DNA from: an uncultured virus (IMG/VR IMGVR_UViG_3300008952_000017)
Lineage: Duplodnaviria; Heunggongvirae; Uroviricota; Caudoviricetes
Reading direction: 5' to 3' (one strand)
IMG/VR virus record: IMGVR_UViG_3300008952_000017
Length of the DNA stretch: 56,610 bases
Position 1 is the first letter of the stretch, and each line of letters begins with the position of its first letter. A program made the position numbers and the translations under genes. The notes under the pieces were generated by a model. The model was not told where the DNA came from and searched no databases. It saw nothing but the letters and a program-made list of their open reading frames with translations. Positions 26,432 to 35,549 of this stretch are shown one piece after another.

Positions 26432-26943
26432 ACATGAATGAAACATGGAAGAAAACTGAAGAAATAAGAATGAATGACAAGTATGATAAGGGTATCAAAT
26501 ACCTAACAGCCCACCCTGAAGACATTGAGGATGCTTGGGGGAATCCTGGGGAGTGGGAAGGTAGAGGCGGAGAACTCTTTGGGTTTGTAGGTCCAGAATG
26601 GACTAAGAATGACCAATACGTTCGATACGGTAGAGATGCCGGCCCATTGGGCATGTCTGTTATGGGCACATGTGGCTGCCTACAACAGATAAGGGAAGCC
26701 TACAAGGGATGTAAGGATGACCTAGAGCGAGGATTTGATATGTTCTCTGCTGTTGATGATGCTCATATGGACACCGACATGACACTATCTCACTGGCCAG
26801 ATATGTGGGCAGCGATAGCAAGCGATAGAAGATTGCCGACTGAATCAGATAAAATTATGGTCGAAGACCTACCTGTGTTCGCTGAGTGGCAAAGAGCCAT
26901 TGACGAGCAGAGAAGGGCTGACGGTATGGATGTGCCTTATTGA
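26428..26943 (+). CDS. hypothetical protein
   Basis: ATG at the GAAGAATGA junction; CGCL motif. Confidence 0.7.
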   Translation: MNMNETWKKTEEIRMNDKYDKGIKYLTAHPEDIEDAWGNPGEWEGRGGELFGFVGPEWTKNDQYVRYGRDAGPLGMSVMGTCGCLQQIREAYKGCKDDLERGFDMFSAVDDAHMDTDMTLSHWPDMWAAIASDRRLPTESDKIMVEDLPVFAEWQRAIDEQRRADGMDVPY

Positions 26944-27254
26944 TGATAGATAATGAGAAACCAAAGACTTGGACAATAGATACCCATACAATGTGGGGTA
27001 TGCTTGACCGCGATGAGTGGCTTGCCGATAGGGTTGCCGATACCACGAAAGACATTGATGAGGTGCTCACTGCGAGACAATTCATTGATGCGTTGTTTAA
27101 AAGGAATCGGAAGTTAGCCGAGATGACTCTCGACTATATATCTGACCTACATGCCGGTGCATCAGGCTCTTGGGATGATGACGGAGAGAACATGATACTA
27201 CTTTCTTGGGATGCTTACTACGAAGTCTACCCTGAAGAAAAGGTGGTAGAATGA
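26940..27254 (+). CDS. hypothetical protein
   Basis: Coupled ORF. Confidence 0.65.
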   Translation: MMIDNEKPKTWTIDTHTMWGMLDRDEWLADRVADTTKDIDEVLTARQFIDALFKRNRKLAEMTLDYISDLHAGASGSWDDDGENMILLSWDAYYEVYPEEKVVE

Positions 27255-27421
27255 ATGAAGATTGGAAAACATGTGATATTGCTATTAGCGCATTGGTTGG
27301 TGTGAGAGATTTTCTTACTCACCGTGCAGAGCATCTAAAACCGCTTTTAACAGAAGAAAACACTATTCAAGGTTGGATAGATGTTTGTTGTGAAATTTGT
27401 GAGGCGATGAAGAATGAGTGA
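27251..27421 (+). CDS. 56-aa hypothetical protein
   Basis: Hand-translated; ATGA coupling. Confidence 0.5.
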   Translation: MNEDWKTCDIAISALVGVRDFLTHRAEHLKPLLTEENTIQGWIDVCCEICEAMKNE

Positions 27422-27548
27422 TGAGCGCGACATAAAGGAGTGCTGCATGGAGGACATATCCTTCATTCACACAGGAATAGAATGGTGTGACCACCTGAGA
27501 TGCTCTGTATGCAATACCCGATGGAACATTCGGAGGGATGAAGAATGA
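27414..27548 (+). CDS. 44-aa Cys-rich peptide flanked by 19-bp direct repeats
   Basis: GATGAAGAATGAGTGATGA at 27406 and 27537; CC..C..CSVC. Confidence 0.55.
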   Translation: MSDERDIKECCMEDISFIHTGIEWCDHLRCSVCNTRWNIRRDEE

Positions 27549-27592
27549 GTGATGATTTTGAAATAATGTGGGATAGACAGGAGAGTGATTGA

Positions 27593-27796
27593 ATGAATAT
27601 AGAAGATATTGAAAAATACATACTTGAAGGCAATTGGGAGAACCAATACCGACAAGCATTAGAACACCTAATTGCAGAAGTCAAGCGGTTGCGTAAGCAA
27701 CTTGACCGCACGAATAAGCAATTTAACCATCTTACCGACCATTGGCGTGATGAACAATGGGATGAATGGTATAGTATGTGGGGAGATGAAGAATGA
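27593..27796 (+). CDS. LxAEVKRLR-family small protein
   Basis: LIAEVKRLRK motif. Confidence 0.7.
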   Translation: MNIEDIEKYILEGNWENQYRQALEHLIAEVKRLRKQLDRTNKQFNHLTDHWRDEQWDEWYSMWGDEE

Positions 27797-27939
27797 GCGA
27801 CTTCATGTGGATGAGAAGCCCACAGCAGGCACTGGATGAGATAGCATTCCTAATACATATGCAGGCTTCACTAAAAGAACAAGACAGATGGCTAGCCGCT
27901 TGTGTAGAACTAGGTTATGTGCAATTGGAGGAAGAATGA
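27793..27939 (+). CDS. 48-aa hypothetical protein
   Basis: Hand-translated; GAAGAATGA junctions at both ends. Confidence 0.5.
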   Translation: MSDFMWMRSPQQALDEIAFLIHMQASLKEQDRWLAACVELGYVQLEEE

Positions 27940-27940
27940 A

Positions 27941-28363
27941 ATGTTTAACGTTCAGCCACTAAAGAAGTCACTCTACAATAAGATGGTAAATAGGAAATAC
28001 AAAACACTCACCCTCCGATTTAGTGGAGGACATGATGAAGGTATGTTAGACATTGACTTGACACCATGTCCTCCATACCCACATTCTCGAAAACTCAATC
28101 ACGAGACAAACAAATATGAAACTGTGACTAACCCACTAACCCAAGAAGCATGGGACAAGCACGCAGCGTTTGTGGGTGAAATAGAAGACTGGGTTTGGTC
28201 GGCATACGACTACGGCGGTGCCGGAGAAGGTGTCCAGTATGGAGACACTGTAGAATATAATTTAGAAACTGGGCTAGTATATACTATTGATTGGGGATAT
28301 ACCTACCAAGAAACTGTATCACCTAATACAAGGATTCAATTTGACAAGGGGGGAAATGAATGA
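27941..28363 (+). CDS. DUF6878-like protein
   Basis: LRFSGGHDEG ... YGGAGEG..YG pattern; family assignment from memory. Confidence 0.5.
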   Translation: MFNVQPLKKSLYNKMVNRKYKTLTLRFSGGHDEGMLDIDLTPCPPYPHSRKLNHETNKYETVTNPLTQEAWDKHAAFVGEIEDWVWSAYDYGGAGEGVQYGDTVEYNLETGLVYTIDWGYTYQETVSPNTRIQFDKGGNE

Positions 28364-28785
28364 TTGACACAGACAAATACAAGATAGAAGATGATGTAGT
28401 ATGGATATGGAACGACTACCCTGACGATGAGGGCTGGGTGCTTGAGGAATACAAGGAATGCCCTGCTGAAAAAGGTGGCTACACACTCATGGATGGTAGG
28501 GGAAGTGACACGACATACGAGCCATGGCATCAAGTCCTACCTGCTCTCAAGTTTGAGTGCAGTGGCTGGAGGAATCGCGGTATAGATGAGAGGATGCACG
28601 CCATCATGGACTTACCACTTCTCTTAGCAGAAGTCAAGCGATTGCGTGAGGTGTTAGCAGAAATCAAAGGGACCATAGACGAGTATATCCACGATGTATG
28701 GGATGGAAATCTCGAAGGATGGCAGTGTGCATCAGATAACATCGCTGCACTAGGCATCAAATCAGAATGGGAGGAAGAGGAATGA
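28360..28785 (+). CDS. MIDTD/LLAEVKRLR-family protein
   Basis: MIDTDKY start; LLLAEVKRLRE. Confidence 0.75.
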   Translation: MIDTDKYKIEDDVVWIWNDYPDDEGWVLEEYKECPAEKGGYTLMDGRGSDTTYEPWHQVLPALKFECSGWRNRGIDERMHAIMDLPLLLAEVKRLREVLAEIKGTIDEYIHDVWDGNLEGWQCASDNIAALGIKSEWEEEE

Positions 28786-29018
28786 ACACAGACGAATACG
28801 AGAAGATGACCGCGATGACCCCTTCTGATGAGTTAGAGGATGCAGTGGAGAACCTGCTCGCAGAAGTCAAGCGGTTGCGTGAAGAACTCAAGCAAACTCG
28901 TGAGTCCTTGTGGTGGTGCTATGATAACTACCGCTTTGACGGTCACCCAATGGTTGATACTGATTGGAACTTTATTGGCAACCTCTTGGGTGCTGACATG
29001 GAGAGTGAAGAAGAATGA
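28782..29018 (+). CDS. MNTD/LLAEVKRLR-family protein
   Basis: MNTDEYE start; LLAEVKRLRE. Confidence 0.7.
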   Translation: MNTDEYEKMTAMTPSDELEDAVENLLAEVKRLREELKQTRESLWWCYDNYRFDGHPMVDTDWNFIGNLLGADMESEEE

Positions 29019-29437
29019 TTGATACAGACAGATACGAAGGGCACACACCAGGACCATGGTATAGGATGCATAGCAACGATACCATCCGGTCTGAACCAAT
29101 GGGTGATGATGCAGAGGCATATCTGTTCGACATAGTGGGCGCAACAACCACTGATGCTGAACTCATAGCAGACGCACCAAAACTTCTAGCCGAAGTCAAA
29201 GAGTATCAGTTGAAAGACCGTGCAATCACACAAGCCGAACACATGAGGGCGCAGGTGGGAGATAACACATGGCACTACGCTATGGAAGTATGGCTCTATC
29301 CCGAAACCCACTATTGGGATTATGACGAAGAAGGAACTGTTCAACTCATTGAGAGATACATTACTACTAACCGAGATGCTTGGGTAAAGCATTGGGGTGA
29401 ACCAAGTGAAGTTGCACGAAAGAGGTGTGAAGAATGA
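29015..29437 (+). CDS. MIDTD/HTPGPW-family protein
   Basis: MIDTDRYEGHTPGPW...LIADAPKLLAEVK, a common phage small-protein pattern. Confidence 0.75.
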   Translation: MIDTDRYEGHTPGPWYRMHSNDTIRSEPMGDDAEAYLFDIVGATTTDAELIADAPKLLAEVKEYQLKDRAITQAEHMRAQVGDNTWHYAMEVWLYPETHYWDYDEEGTVQLIERYITTNRDAWVKHWGEPSEVARKRCEE

Positions 29438-29710
29438 TTGATAGAAGTAAATGTCAATGGTGTGAGAGTAAGATTCATTGGGGACATGACCGTAGGACTA
29501 AATGCAGTAATTGTGAGGGATGATTGAATGACAATAATGATGGGAGACAGATTAACAGTGAGAATTGAGACAGATGAATATGTTTACGAGGAGTGGGTCA
29601 TAGAAACCGACCCCCGTTCTGCTTTGTCTCGATTGTTGCAAAGAGAACAATAATATAGGGGCCGCTGCTCCCTTCGATTGCAGCGAAATAAAACAAAGGA
29701 GAAGAGAAAA

Positions 29711-31480
29711 ATGAATAACAATGAAGGAAATAATAATGAAAGCAAAAGAACGCCCATCGTGGCAGTCAAGTTTAGGAACATAGGCCCTCAAGTAACAGAA
29801 CTCACTTACGAAGGTTCTAGTGGTCAATTGGCTACTGCGAAGGTGCCTAGAGAGGCGATTGAGAAATTACAACTCCCTGATAATAGATGGCTATGCATAG
29901 TGTCTGAGTTCAAGGCGAGTGGTGGGACGTTCCGTCCTTCCTTCGTCTTCCGAGGTGTAAGAGAACCTGCACAGCCCTCAGATGCTGTGGCCATAGAGGT
30001 CACAGATATGGTCGAGCAAGGTGCAGCGACTAAGAACATCAGAGAGTATCTGATTTCAGTGGAGGAAGATAAGAACCCAGCAGTATTCACTGCCACAGTG
30101 CAAGACTTGGAGGACGCAGGTTCATTCAGCCCCACTGATGTGAAGAAGCACCAAGAGGCACAGAAGAAAATCATGGCTATTGAGGTGTCTGATATAGACA
30201 CACCAATCTCACCAGTAGAACACTCAATTCTACAAGATGATGAGATACCAGTATGGGTAGATGAAAACCCAGCATGGAACGGCTCACTACTAGCCGGAGG
30301 AAGGGTCAATAAGACAGCACCTTGGGACTTTATGCCCCAGTTCTTACCCAACCATGTCATAATGGATGGGAAGGCAATAAGAGTCAACAAGAAAACTGGA
30401 GGGGCTGCCTCTTGGGCGGTGCTCAACCCATTACTGAAGGATGAGAAGAGAGAAGCAGGTGCTTTACTAGGCACTGTAAGTGATAGATACTTCGCACTAG
30501 CACACCCAGTATGGGTTAATCCACTACTGAAATACGCCAAGATGTCCAACATCGGCGCATCAGTCACCTCTTGGGGGGAAGGAGCAAAGTGCCGTGTGGA
30601 CCTAGACGTTACAGACGCCACTCAGATTAGACAGGGCGCAGCAAATAGACTGAAGGAGCAAGGAGGTAAGTTCCTTGATACTGACAGTCTCAGTGAGGCC
30701 GCACAGAGTCTAGATGGACTCTACAAGTTCGGATTCACCATAAACAACAGCCTAGATGGTAGAGGCTCTTTCAACACCTACGGGTCTGCATTGAGAGTCT
30801 ACTGTCAGAATCTAGCAGTGGCTGGAGGAATCAAGACAGCCATCAATATGAGGCACACAAAAGGAGTTATGGGGAACATTGACTGGGACCAATTCGGTCT
30901 CGACTTAGTGAATGCCACAGCGGAACTCAATGAATGGCTGGTGAACACTGAGTTGCTTGCTTGGATACCAATGGACATGCAAATGATGGACAGATTGATG
31001 TCTGTCATGCACAGCAACAACCTACTAACAGCGCCTAGAATTACCAAGGACAAGGAGACTGGTCTCATCTCACAGGTGAACCGAGGACACATGGACTTGG
31101 CCGTTAGTCAAGGGTGGAGGAATCCATCATTGGACTATGTAGCAATTGGTGGAGAGAAGAAGCATACAGCATATCACGCTCTACAATGCTTCACCGGCGC
31201 TATCACACACAAACCCACAGTGCATGATGACAAGCGTGAACTGAAGGGTTCAACATTGGGCCTAGACGCCTTTGATAATAGGCTGAAAAAGGTCAATGGG
31301 GAGTTCATGGGCATACTACATCGTGGATTAACAGAAGCGAAGAACCACCTAAATGGTGGGGAAAAGTTATCCCTAGAACAGAAAGACGAAGTAAGGGAGT
31401 TCTTCTTAGAACACCCTGGAGCACTAGGACTATCCGAAGTGCTACCATACACGGAGGTACAGGGCATTACAGCCCTATGA
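29711..31480 (+). CDS. DUF932/DUF945-family protein with N-terminal extension
   Basis: VSDRY..L, INNSLDGRGS, LRVYCQN and MRHT motifs. Confidence 0.75.
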   Translation: MNNNEGNNNESKRTPIVAVKFRNIGPQVTELTYEGSSGQLATAKVPREAIEKLQLPDNRWLCIVSEFKASGGTFRPSFVFRGVREPAQPSDAVAIEVTDMVEQGAATKNIREYLISVEEDKNPAVFTATVQDLEDAGSFSPTDVKKHQEAQKKIMAIEVSDIDTPISPVEHSILQDDEIPVWVDENPAWNGSLLAGGRVNKTAPWDFMPQFLPNHVIMDGKAIRVNKKTGGAASWAVLNPLLKDEKREAGALLGTVSDRYFALAHPVWVNPLLKYAKMSNIGASVTSWGEGAKCRVDLDVTDATQIRQGAANRLKEQGGKFLDTDSLSEAAQSLDGLYKFGFTINNSLDGRGSFNTYGSALRVYCQNLAVAGGIKTAINMRHTKGVMGNIDWDQFGLDLVNATAELNEWLVNTELLAWIPMDMQMMDRLMSVMHSNNLLTAPRITKDKETGLISQVNRGHMDLAVSQGWRNPSLDYVAIGGEKKHTAYHALQCFTGAITHKPTVHDDKRELKGSTLGLDAFDNRLKKVNGEFMGILHRGLTEAKNHLNGGEKLSLEQKDEVREFFLEHPGALGLSEVLPYTEVQGITAL

Positions 31481-31487
31481 TACTCGC

Positions 31488-31581
31488 ACCCACACGGGAC
31501 GAGGGAAGGATAAACAGTGGATGCGAGAATAATTACAAATGTGTTCTGTTGTTATCTCGACTTCCCTCGTTCCAACTGGGT
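31488..31581. other. long imperfect hairpin after the DUF932 gene
   Basis: GGGACGAGGGAAG (31496-31508) pairs with CTTCCCTCGTTCC (31561-31573), closed by ACCCA/TGGGT. Confidence 0.55.
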
Positions 31582-31601
31582 TAGAGAAAGGAGATGAAAA
31601 T

Positions 31602-32087
31602 ATGTTAAATATGACTGAGATATTGAATGAAATGGAAGAAGAACGAAAGTATAGAAAGAGCCAATTGCCGCCAAAAGTGCGGGACAATTTGGCTGCTCTC
31701 TTAGAAGATGGTTTAGTCGTGAAGACTGGCAATCGTGGTGGCACCAAGTATCACATGTCCCATGCTGGGCATGGCCTGCTTGCTAGAAACGCTCAAAAAA
31801 GACCAACGAAAGCAAAGTTCGATGAGCCGCACGAAAAGCCCGCATGGGTAGAGGCTGCCGAGACTGTGGTTGAAGAAAACGCAGAAGTGGTGACTGAGGA
31901 GGCTGACGCTGGAGAACTACCAGCGACTGCCTTGACGTCGTTCTCGTTAGTGATTGGCAACAGGGCTGCATTGATAGTGCAAATGTGTGACGGGCTCAAT
32001 ACGGGCCAAATCGGACTCGGTGCTATCAACGACATCAAAGGGCAAGCCCTTCTAATGCTACGTGACCTCAACTTAATCGAGGTTTGA
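31602..32087 (+). CDS. hypothetical protein, possible winged-helix fragment
   Basis: LAALLEDGLVVKTGNRGGTKY wing-like motif; AAGGAG SD. Confidence 0.65.
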   Translation: MLNMTEILNEMEEERKYRKSQLPPKVRDNLAALLEDGLVVKTGNRGGTKYHMSHAGHGLLARNAQKRPTKAKFDEPHEKPAWVEAAETVVEENAEVVTEEADAGELPATALTSFSLVIGNRAALIVQMCDGLNTGQIGLGAINDIKGQALLMLRDLNLIEV

Positions 32088-32458
32088 GTATGCAAGGAGG
32101 AATGGGAGAGCCCCAAGGGCCCTGCTATTGCCAAGGAACAGTTTGCAACAATGGATTCGGATGGATAATGGGGAAAATCCAAGACCTTACAGGGGGCTTT
32201 CATAGTGGTAGACATGTTATCGAAGTCTGCGATATGTTCCCTAATGAAATGTTGGAGTGGGATGCGGAAGACGGTTTGTTCCTCCCTCCCCTCCCACCAG
32301 GGATTAGCAACATAGAGACTATGAAAGGATTTATGACGAAGTTCAAAGGCAGTGCAATGGACCTACAGCAAGGAAATGCGGCTATCAAGGCATCAGAAAA
32401 AGCCTTGGAGGACATAGGCAGAGGTAAGACAGATGGATTCAGAGAAAGACATACCTGA
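32084..32458 (+). CDS. hypothetical protein
   Basis: CYC..VC motif; coupled start. Confidence 0.6.
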   Translation: MSMQGGMGEPQGPCYCQGTVCNNGFGWIMGKIQDLTGGFHSGRHVIEVCDMFPNEMLEWDAEDGLFLPPLPPGISNIETMKGFMTKFKGSAMDLQQGNAAIKASEKALEDIGRGKTDGFRERHT

Positions 32459-32804
32459 ATATGGTGCATTGAAAACACCCAAAGAACAACCACACTGTGA
32501 GTATTGCGGGATGATAACATGGGGAGATAGGTGCAACTGCACCCAGCAACCTAACATGTCTCGTAAAATAGTAGCAATGTTCGACATGAACGCAGACGGG
32601 AGACTGACTGTAGAAGACTTGAATATCATCGCTATTCGACATGAGTGGATGTTCGTAGCAGGACTGTTTATCCTCGTGGGGAGTGTTGGTAATGTATTTG
32701 GTTATTGGAATATAGATTCTGATGCCTTTTGGGCAGCAGCAGGATTAGCGGCCATGTTGGAATATGTAGACGATGTAAGGCATAGGAGGAGGAGAAAGAG
32801 ATGA
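32433..32804 (+). CDS. Zn-ribbon + EF-hand-like + 2-TM membrane protein
   Basis: CEYC..CNC; DMNADGRLTVED loop; two hydrophobic helices; basic tail. Confidence 0.65.
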   Translation: MDSEKDIPEYGALKTPKEQPHCEYCGMITWGDRCNCTQQPNMSRKIVAMFDMNADGRLTVEDLNIIAIRHEWMFVAGLFILVGSVGNVFGYWNIDSDAFWAAAGLAAMLEYVDDVRHRRRRKR

Positions 32805-33009
32805 GTGACACAATACTAGCCCTTATCGGAGGCTTCACTACTGCGCTCTTGTTTTACACTCTGTGGATTCTTGCCCCCGAGATTACTTACCCATGGGAAG
32901 AGGAGGAAAAAGAATGAGGTGGTGGGTGAATGATACAATGCACAGACCCTACCCATTGTAAGATTAAAGGCGAAAGTTATTGCCGGATATGTAAAAAGGA
33001 GGAAGAGGA

Positions 33010-34950
33010 ATGACTTGGGAAAGATACACTGACGATTATGGGCCAAGAGTAGCCCTCTCGTTCCCCTACGACAACAACGCTAAGGACGCCCTCAAGGGAG
33101 AATTAGGCTTCCCTGCTGTGAAATGGGATGGAGTGAAAAAGGCTTGGTCTGTTAGAGACAAACCCGACGAACTTAGTCGAGCCCTCGAGATACTTGGGGA
33201 GTTCAACTACCATTTCGATGGATTGGAGACGCAAGAATATGCGACTTTTAATGAGGTCGTTATTACTACTAGACCACCAGACAAACTAAGTATGAAATGG
33301 CCCTACAAGCCAAATTACGCAGATATCAACACAGCAGTGAAGTCTTGTGGGACCGCGAGATTCGACAAGAAGACGAAAGAATGGGTCATACCGATTGCTG
33401 CAGGTGTTTTGGTCGCTAAGGCTGTGAAACCTCACTACTCAGCGCTCAGTGAAGCGCTATTGGAGGTGCCGGAGGTCGTAGAGGCACACCAGCATACTGC
33501 AAGAAGAGTGCTACTCAGTAGTGCGATTGATGGGGAGCCAATGTGGATGGCCGGATTAAAAAACATGGAAGAGGTGAGACCCTACCAATGGGTTGCACCA
33601 AACATGTTCGCCACTGGTGGTCAGAACAGATTGCTACTAGCGGACGAGATGGGATTAGGTAAGTCCCTACAGGCGCTTCTTTGCATTCTCTCTGCTCAAT
33701 ACGAGAGAGTGCTGATAGTCTGCCCTGCTGTGGTCAAGGTCAATTGGGCTAACGAGGTCAAGAAGTGGACTGAGATGTCCCCTATCGTGGTCTCGGGGAG
33801 AACAGGAGACCTAACCACCTCTGATGTAACCATCATCAACTATGATATCATACACGATAGGACACAACAGTTGCTGGAGGCCGACTTCGATTGTATCGTC
33901 TTCGATGAGTGTCATAACCTCAAGAATGTCAAGACTAAGCGGTCTAAGGCAGCGATACAAATAGCGAAGTGGCCCACCGTAGAAGGAATAATCTGCATGT
34001 CAGGGACTCCAATCTTGAATAGACCGGAGGAGATATTCACCACATTGAATATGCTCAAACCTAGCACATTCCCTGACTACTTCTTATTCGGGAAGAAATA
34101 CTGTGCTGCAATCCATAATGGATATGGCTGGGATTTCGGAGGCGCTAGTAACATCGAGCAGAGTGAAGACGGCACTACTGTGCCCTTGAATCATCTACTG
34201 AAAGATGTCATGCTACGCAGAACAATGGATGACCCACGCCTCAGTGAGCAGATGCCGGACTTGATAGAAACTGTGCTGGAGGTTGAGGTAGATAGGAAGG
34301 AGTATGACGAGACATACAATACTCTCATGGACCAACTAGAATACTACCGGACAACTGGTTCCGGTTCTATACCGCCTGGTTTGCTACTAAACATACTAAC
34401 AGAGTTGAGGCACGCTGCTGGGAAGGCTAAAATCAAGACAGCAGGTAAATGGATGGTAGACTACTGGACTACCACTGGTAAGCCTCTAGTGGTGTTCGCG
34501 CATCACAAGGATGTAGTAGATGGTCTGTTGATGGAAGTGACACTTCAGGGCCCGAGTGCAATAATCACAGGTTCAACTCCTGATGGGAAAAGGCAGAAAC
34601 TCATAACAGCATTCCAAGAAGGCGAGATACCATTTCTGATTTGCAGCACGTTAGCAATGAAAGAGGGGATTAACCTCGACGCTGCTGACACTACTCTCTT
34701 CGTGGAGAGAGAATGGGTGCCAGCATATGAGAAGCAAGCAGCAGCGCGTGTCAGAAGAATGACACAAGAGAGTCAAATATGTCACAAAGTAGTGCTCAGT
34801 GCAACGAATACCATAGACACCCACTTCGATAAGGTGGTTAGTGAAAAGGCAGCGTTGGTAACTAGTGCTCTTGATGGTTCAGAGAACGATAAGATGAAAG
34901 TTGCTAGGGCTCTAGCAGACTCTCTACTAAGAGGAGATGTGATTCTATGA
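33010..34950 (+). CDS. SNF2-family helicase with two N-terminal HARP-like domains (SMARCAL1-like)
   Basis: LADEMGLGKS, DECH, SGTP..NRP, EGINL, QAAARVRR; FPYD..K..KWD...KAW and WPY..K..RFD..TKEW repeats. Confidence 0.9.
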   Translation: MTWERYTDDYGPRVALSFPYDNNAKDALKGELGFPAVKWDGVKKAWSVRDKPDELSRALEILGEFNYHFDGLETQEYATFNEVVITTRPPDKLSMKWPYKPNYADINTAVKSCGTARFDKKTKEWVIPIAAGVLVAKAVKPHYSALSEALLEVPEVVEAHQHTARRVLLSSAIDGEPMWMAGLKNMEEVRPYQWVAPNMFATGGQNRLLLADEMGLGKSLQALLCILSAQYERVLIVCPAVVKVNWANEVKKWTEMSPIVVSGRTGDLTTSDVTIINYDIIHDRTQQLLEADFDCIVFDECHNLKNVKTKRSKAAIQIAKWPTVEGIICMSGTPILNRPEEIFTTLNMLKPSTFPDYFLFGKKYCAAIHNGYGWDFGGASNIEQSEDGTTVPLNHLLKDVMLRRTMDDPRLSEQMPDLIETVLEVEVDRKEYDETYNTLMDQLEYYRTTGSGSIPPGLLLNILTELRHAAGKAKIKTAGKWMVDYWTTTGKPLVVFAHHKDVVDGLLMEVTLQGPSAIITGSTPDGKRQKLITAFQEGEIPFLICSTLAMKEGINLDAADTTLFVEREWVPAYEKQAAARVRRMTQESQICHKVVLSATNTIDTHFDKVVSEKAALVTSALDGSENDKMKVARALADSLLRGDVIL

Positions 34951-35549
34951 AAGTATTAGTCGCTTGTGAATACTCGGGCACTGTTAGAGATGCATTCTTA
35001 GAAAGAGGGCATGACGCAATGTCCTGTGACTTGCTACCAACTGAATCACCAGGCCCTCATTATGAAGGGGATATAGTGGACATCCTGTGGGGAGGAGAGA
35101 AGTGGGACCTTATGGTAGCGCACCCTCCTTGCACACACCTATCTGTATCAGGCGCTAGGTGGTTCACTGAGGGAAAGAAACCTCTCTATCTAAGAGAGGA
35201 GGCCCTAGACTTTGTGCGCTTTCTAATGGACGCACCAGTCCATAGAATCTGCATAGAGAACCCTGTATCAGTAATTGCTTCGCACATCCGCAAGTCGGAC
35301 CAAATGATACACCCATGGCAGTTTGGGCATCCGGAGGAGAAAAGAACTTGCCTTTGGCTGAAGAACTTGCCAAAACTCGTGCCGACTAACAATGTGCACG
35401 AGCACATGATGACGTTACCTAAGAGTCAGCGTCATCGAATATGGTCGATGCCCCCATCGGCCGACCGTGGGAAACTACGCTCAATGTTCTATCGTGGCTT
35501 TGCGGAGGCCATGGCAGAACAATGGGGGGAACTAGAGGAAGAAATATGA
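34947..35549 (+). CDS. phage-type C5 DNA cytosine methyltransferase
   Basis: VLVACEYSG, AHPPCTHLS, IENPV, PWQFG..K.TCLW. Confidence 0.85.
   Translation: MKVLVACEYSGTVRDAFLERGHDAMSCDLLPTESPGPHYEGDIVDILWGGEKWDLMVAHPPCTHLSVSGARWFTEGKKPLYLREEALDFVRFLMDAPVHRICIENPVSVIASHIRKSDQMIHPWQFGHPEEKRTCLWLKNLPKLVPTNNVHEHMMTLPKSQRHRIWSMPPSADRGKLRSMFYRGFAEAMAEQWGELEEEI

Noticed and set aside
25580..29437. Repeats in the cassette array as a CRISPR array or integron attC sites
   Set aside because: Irregular spacing, repeats are coding or junction sequence, no palindromic attC structure, and no integrase or cas1 in the window.
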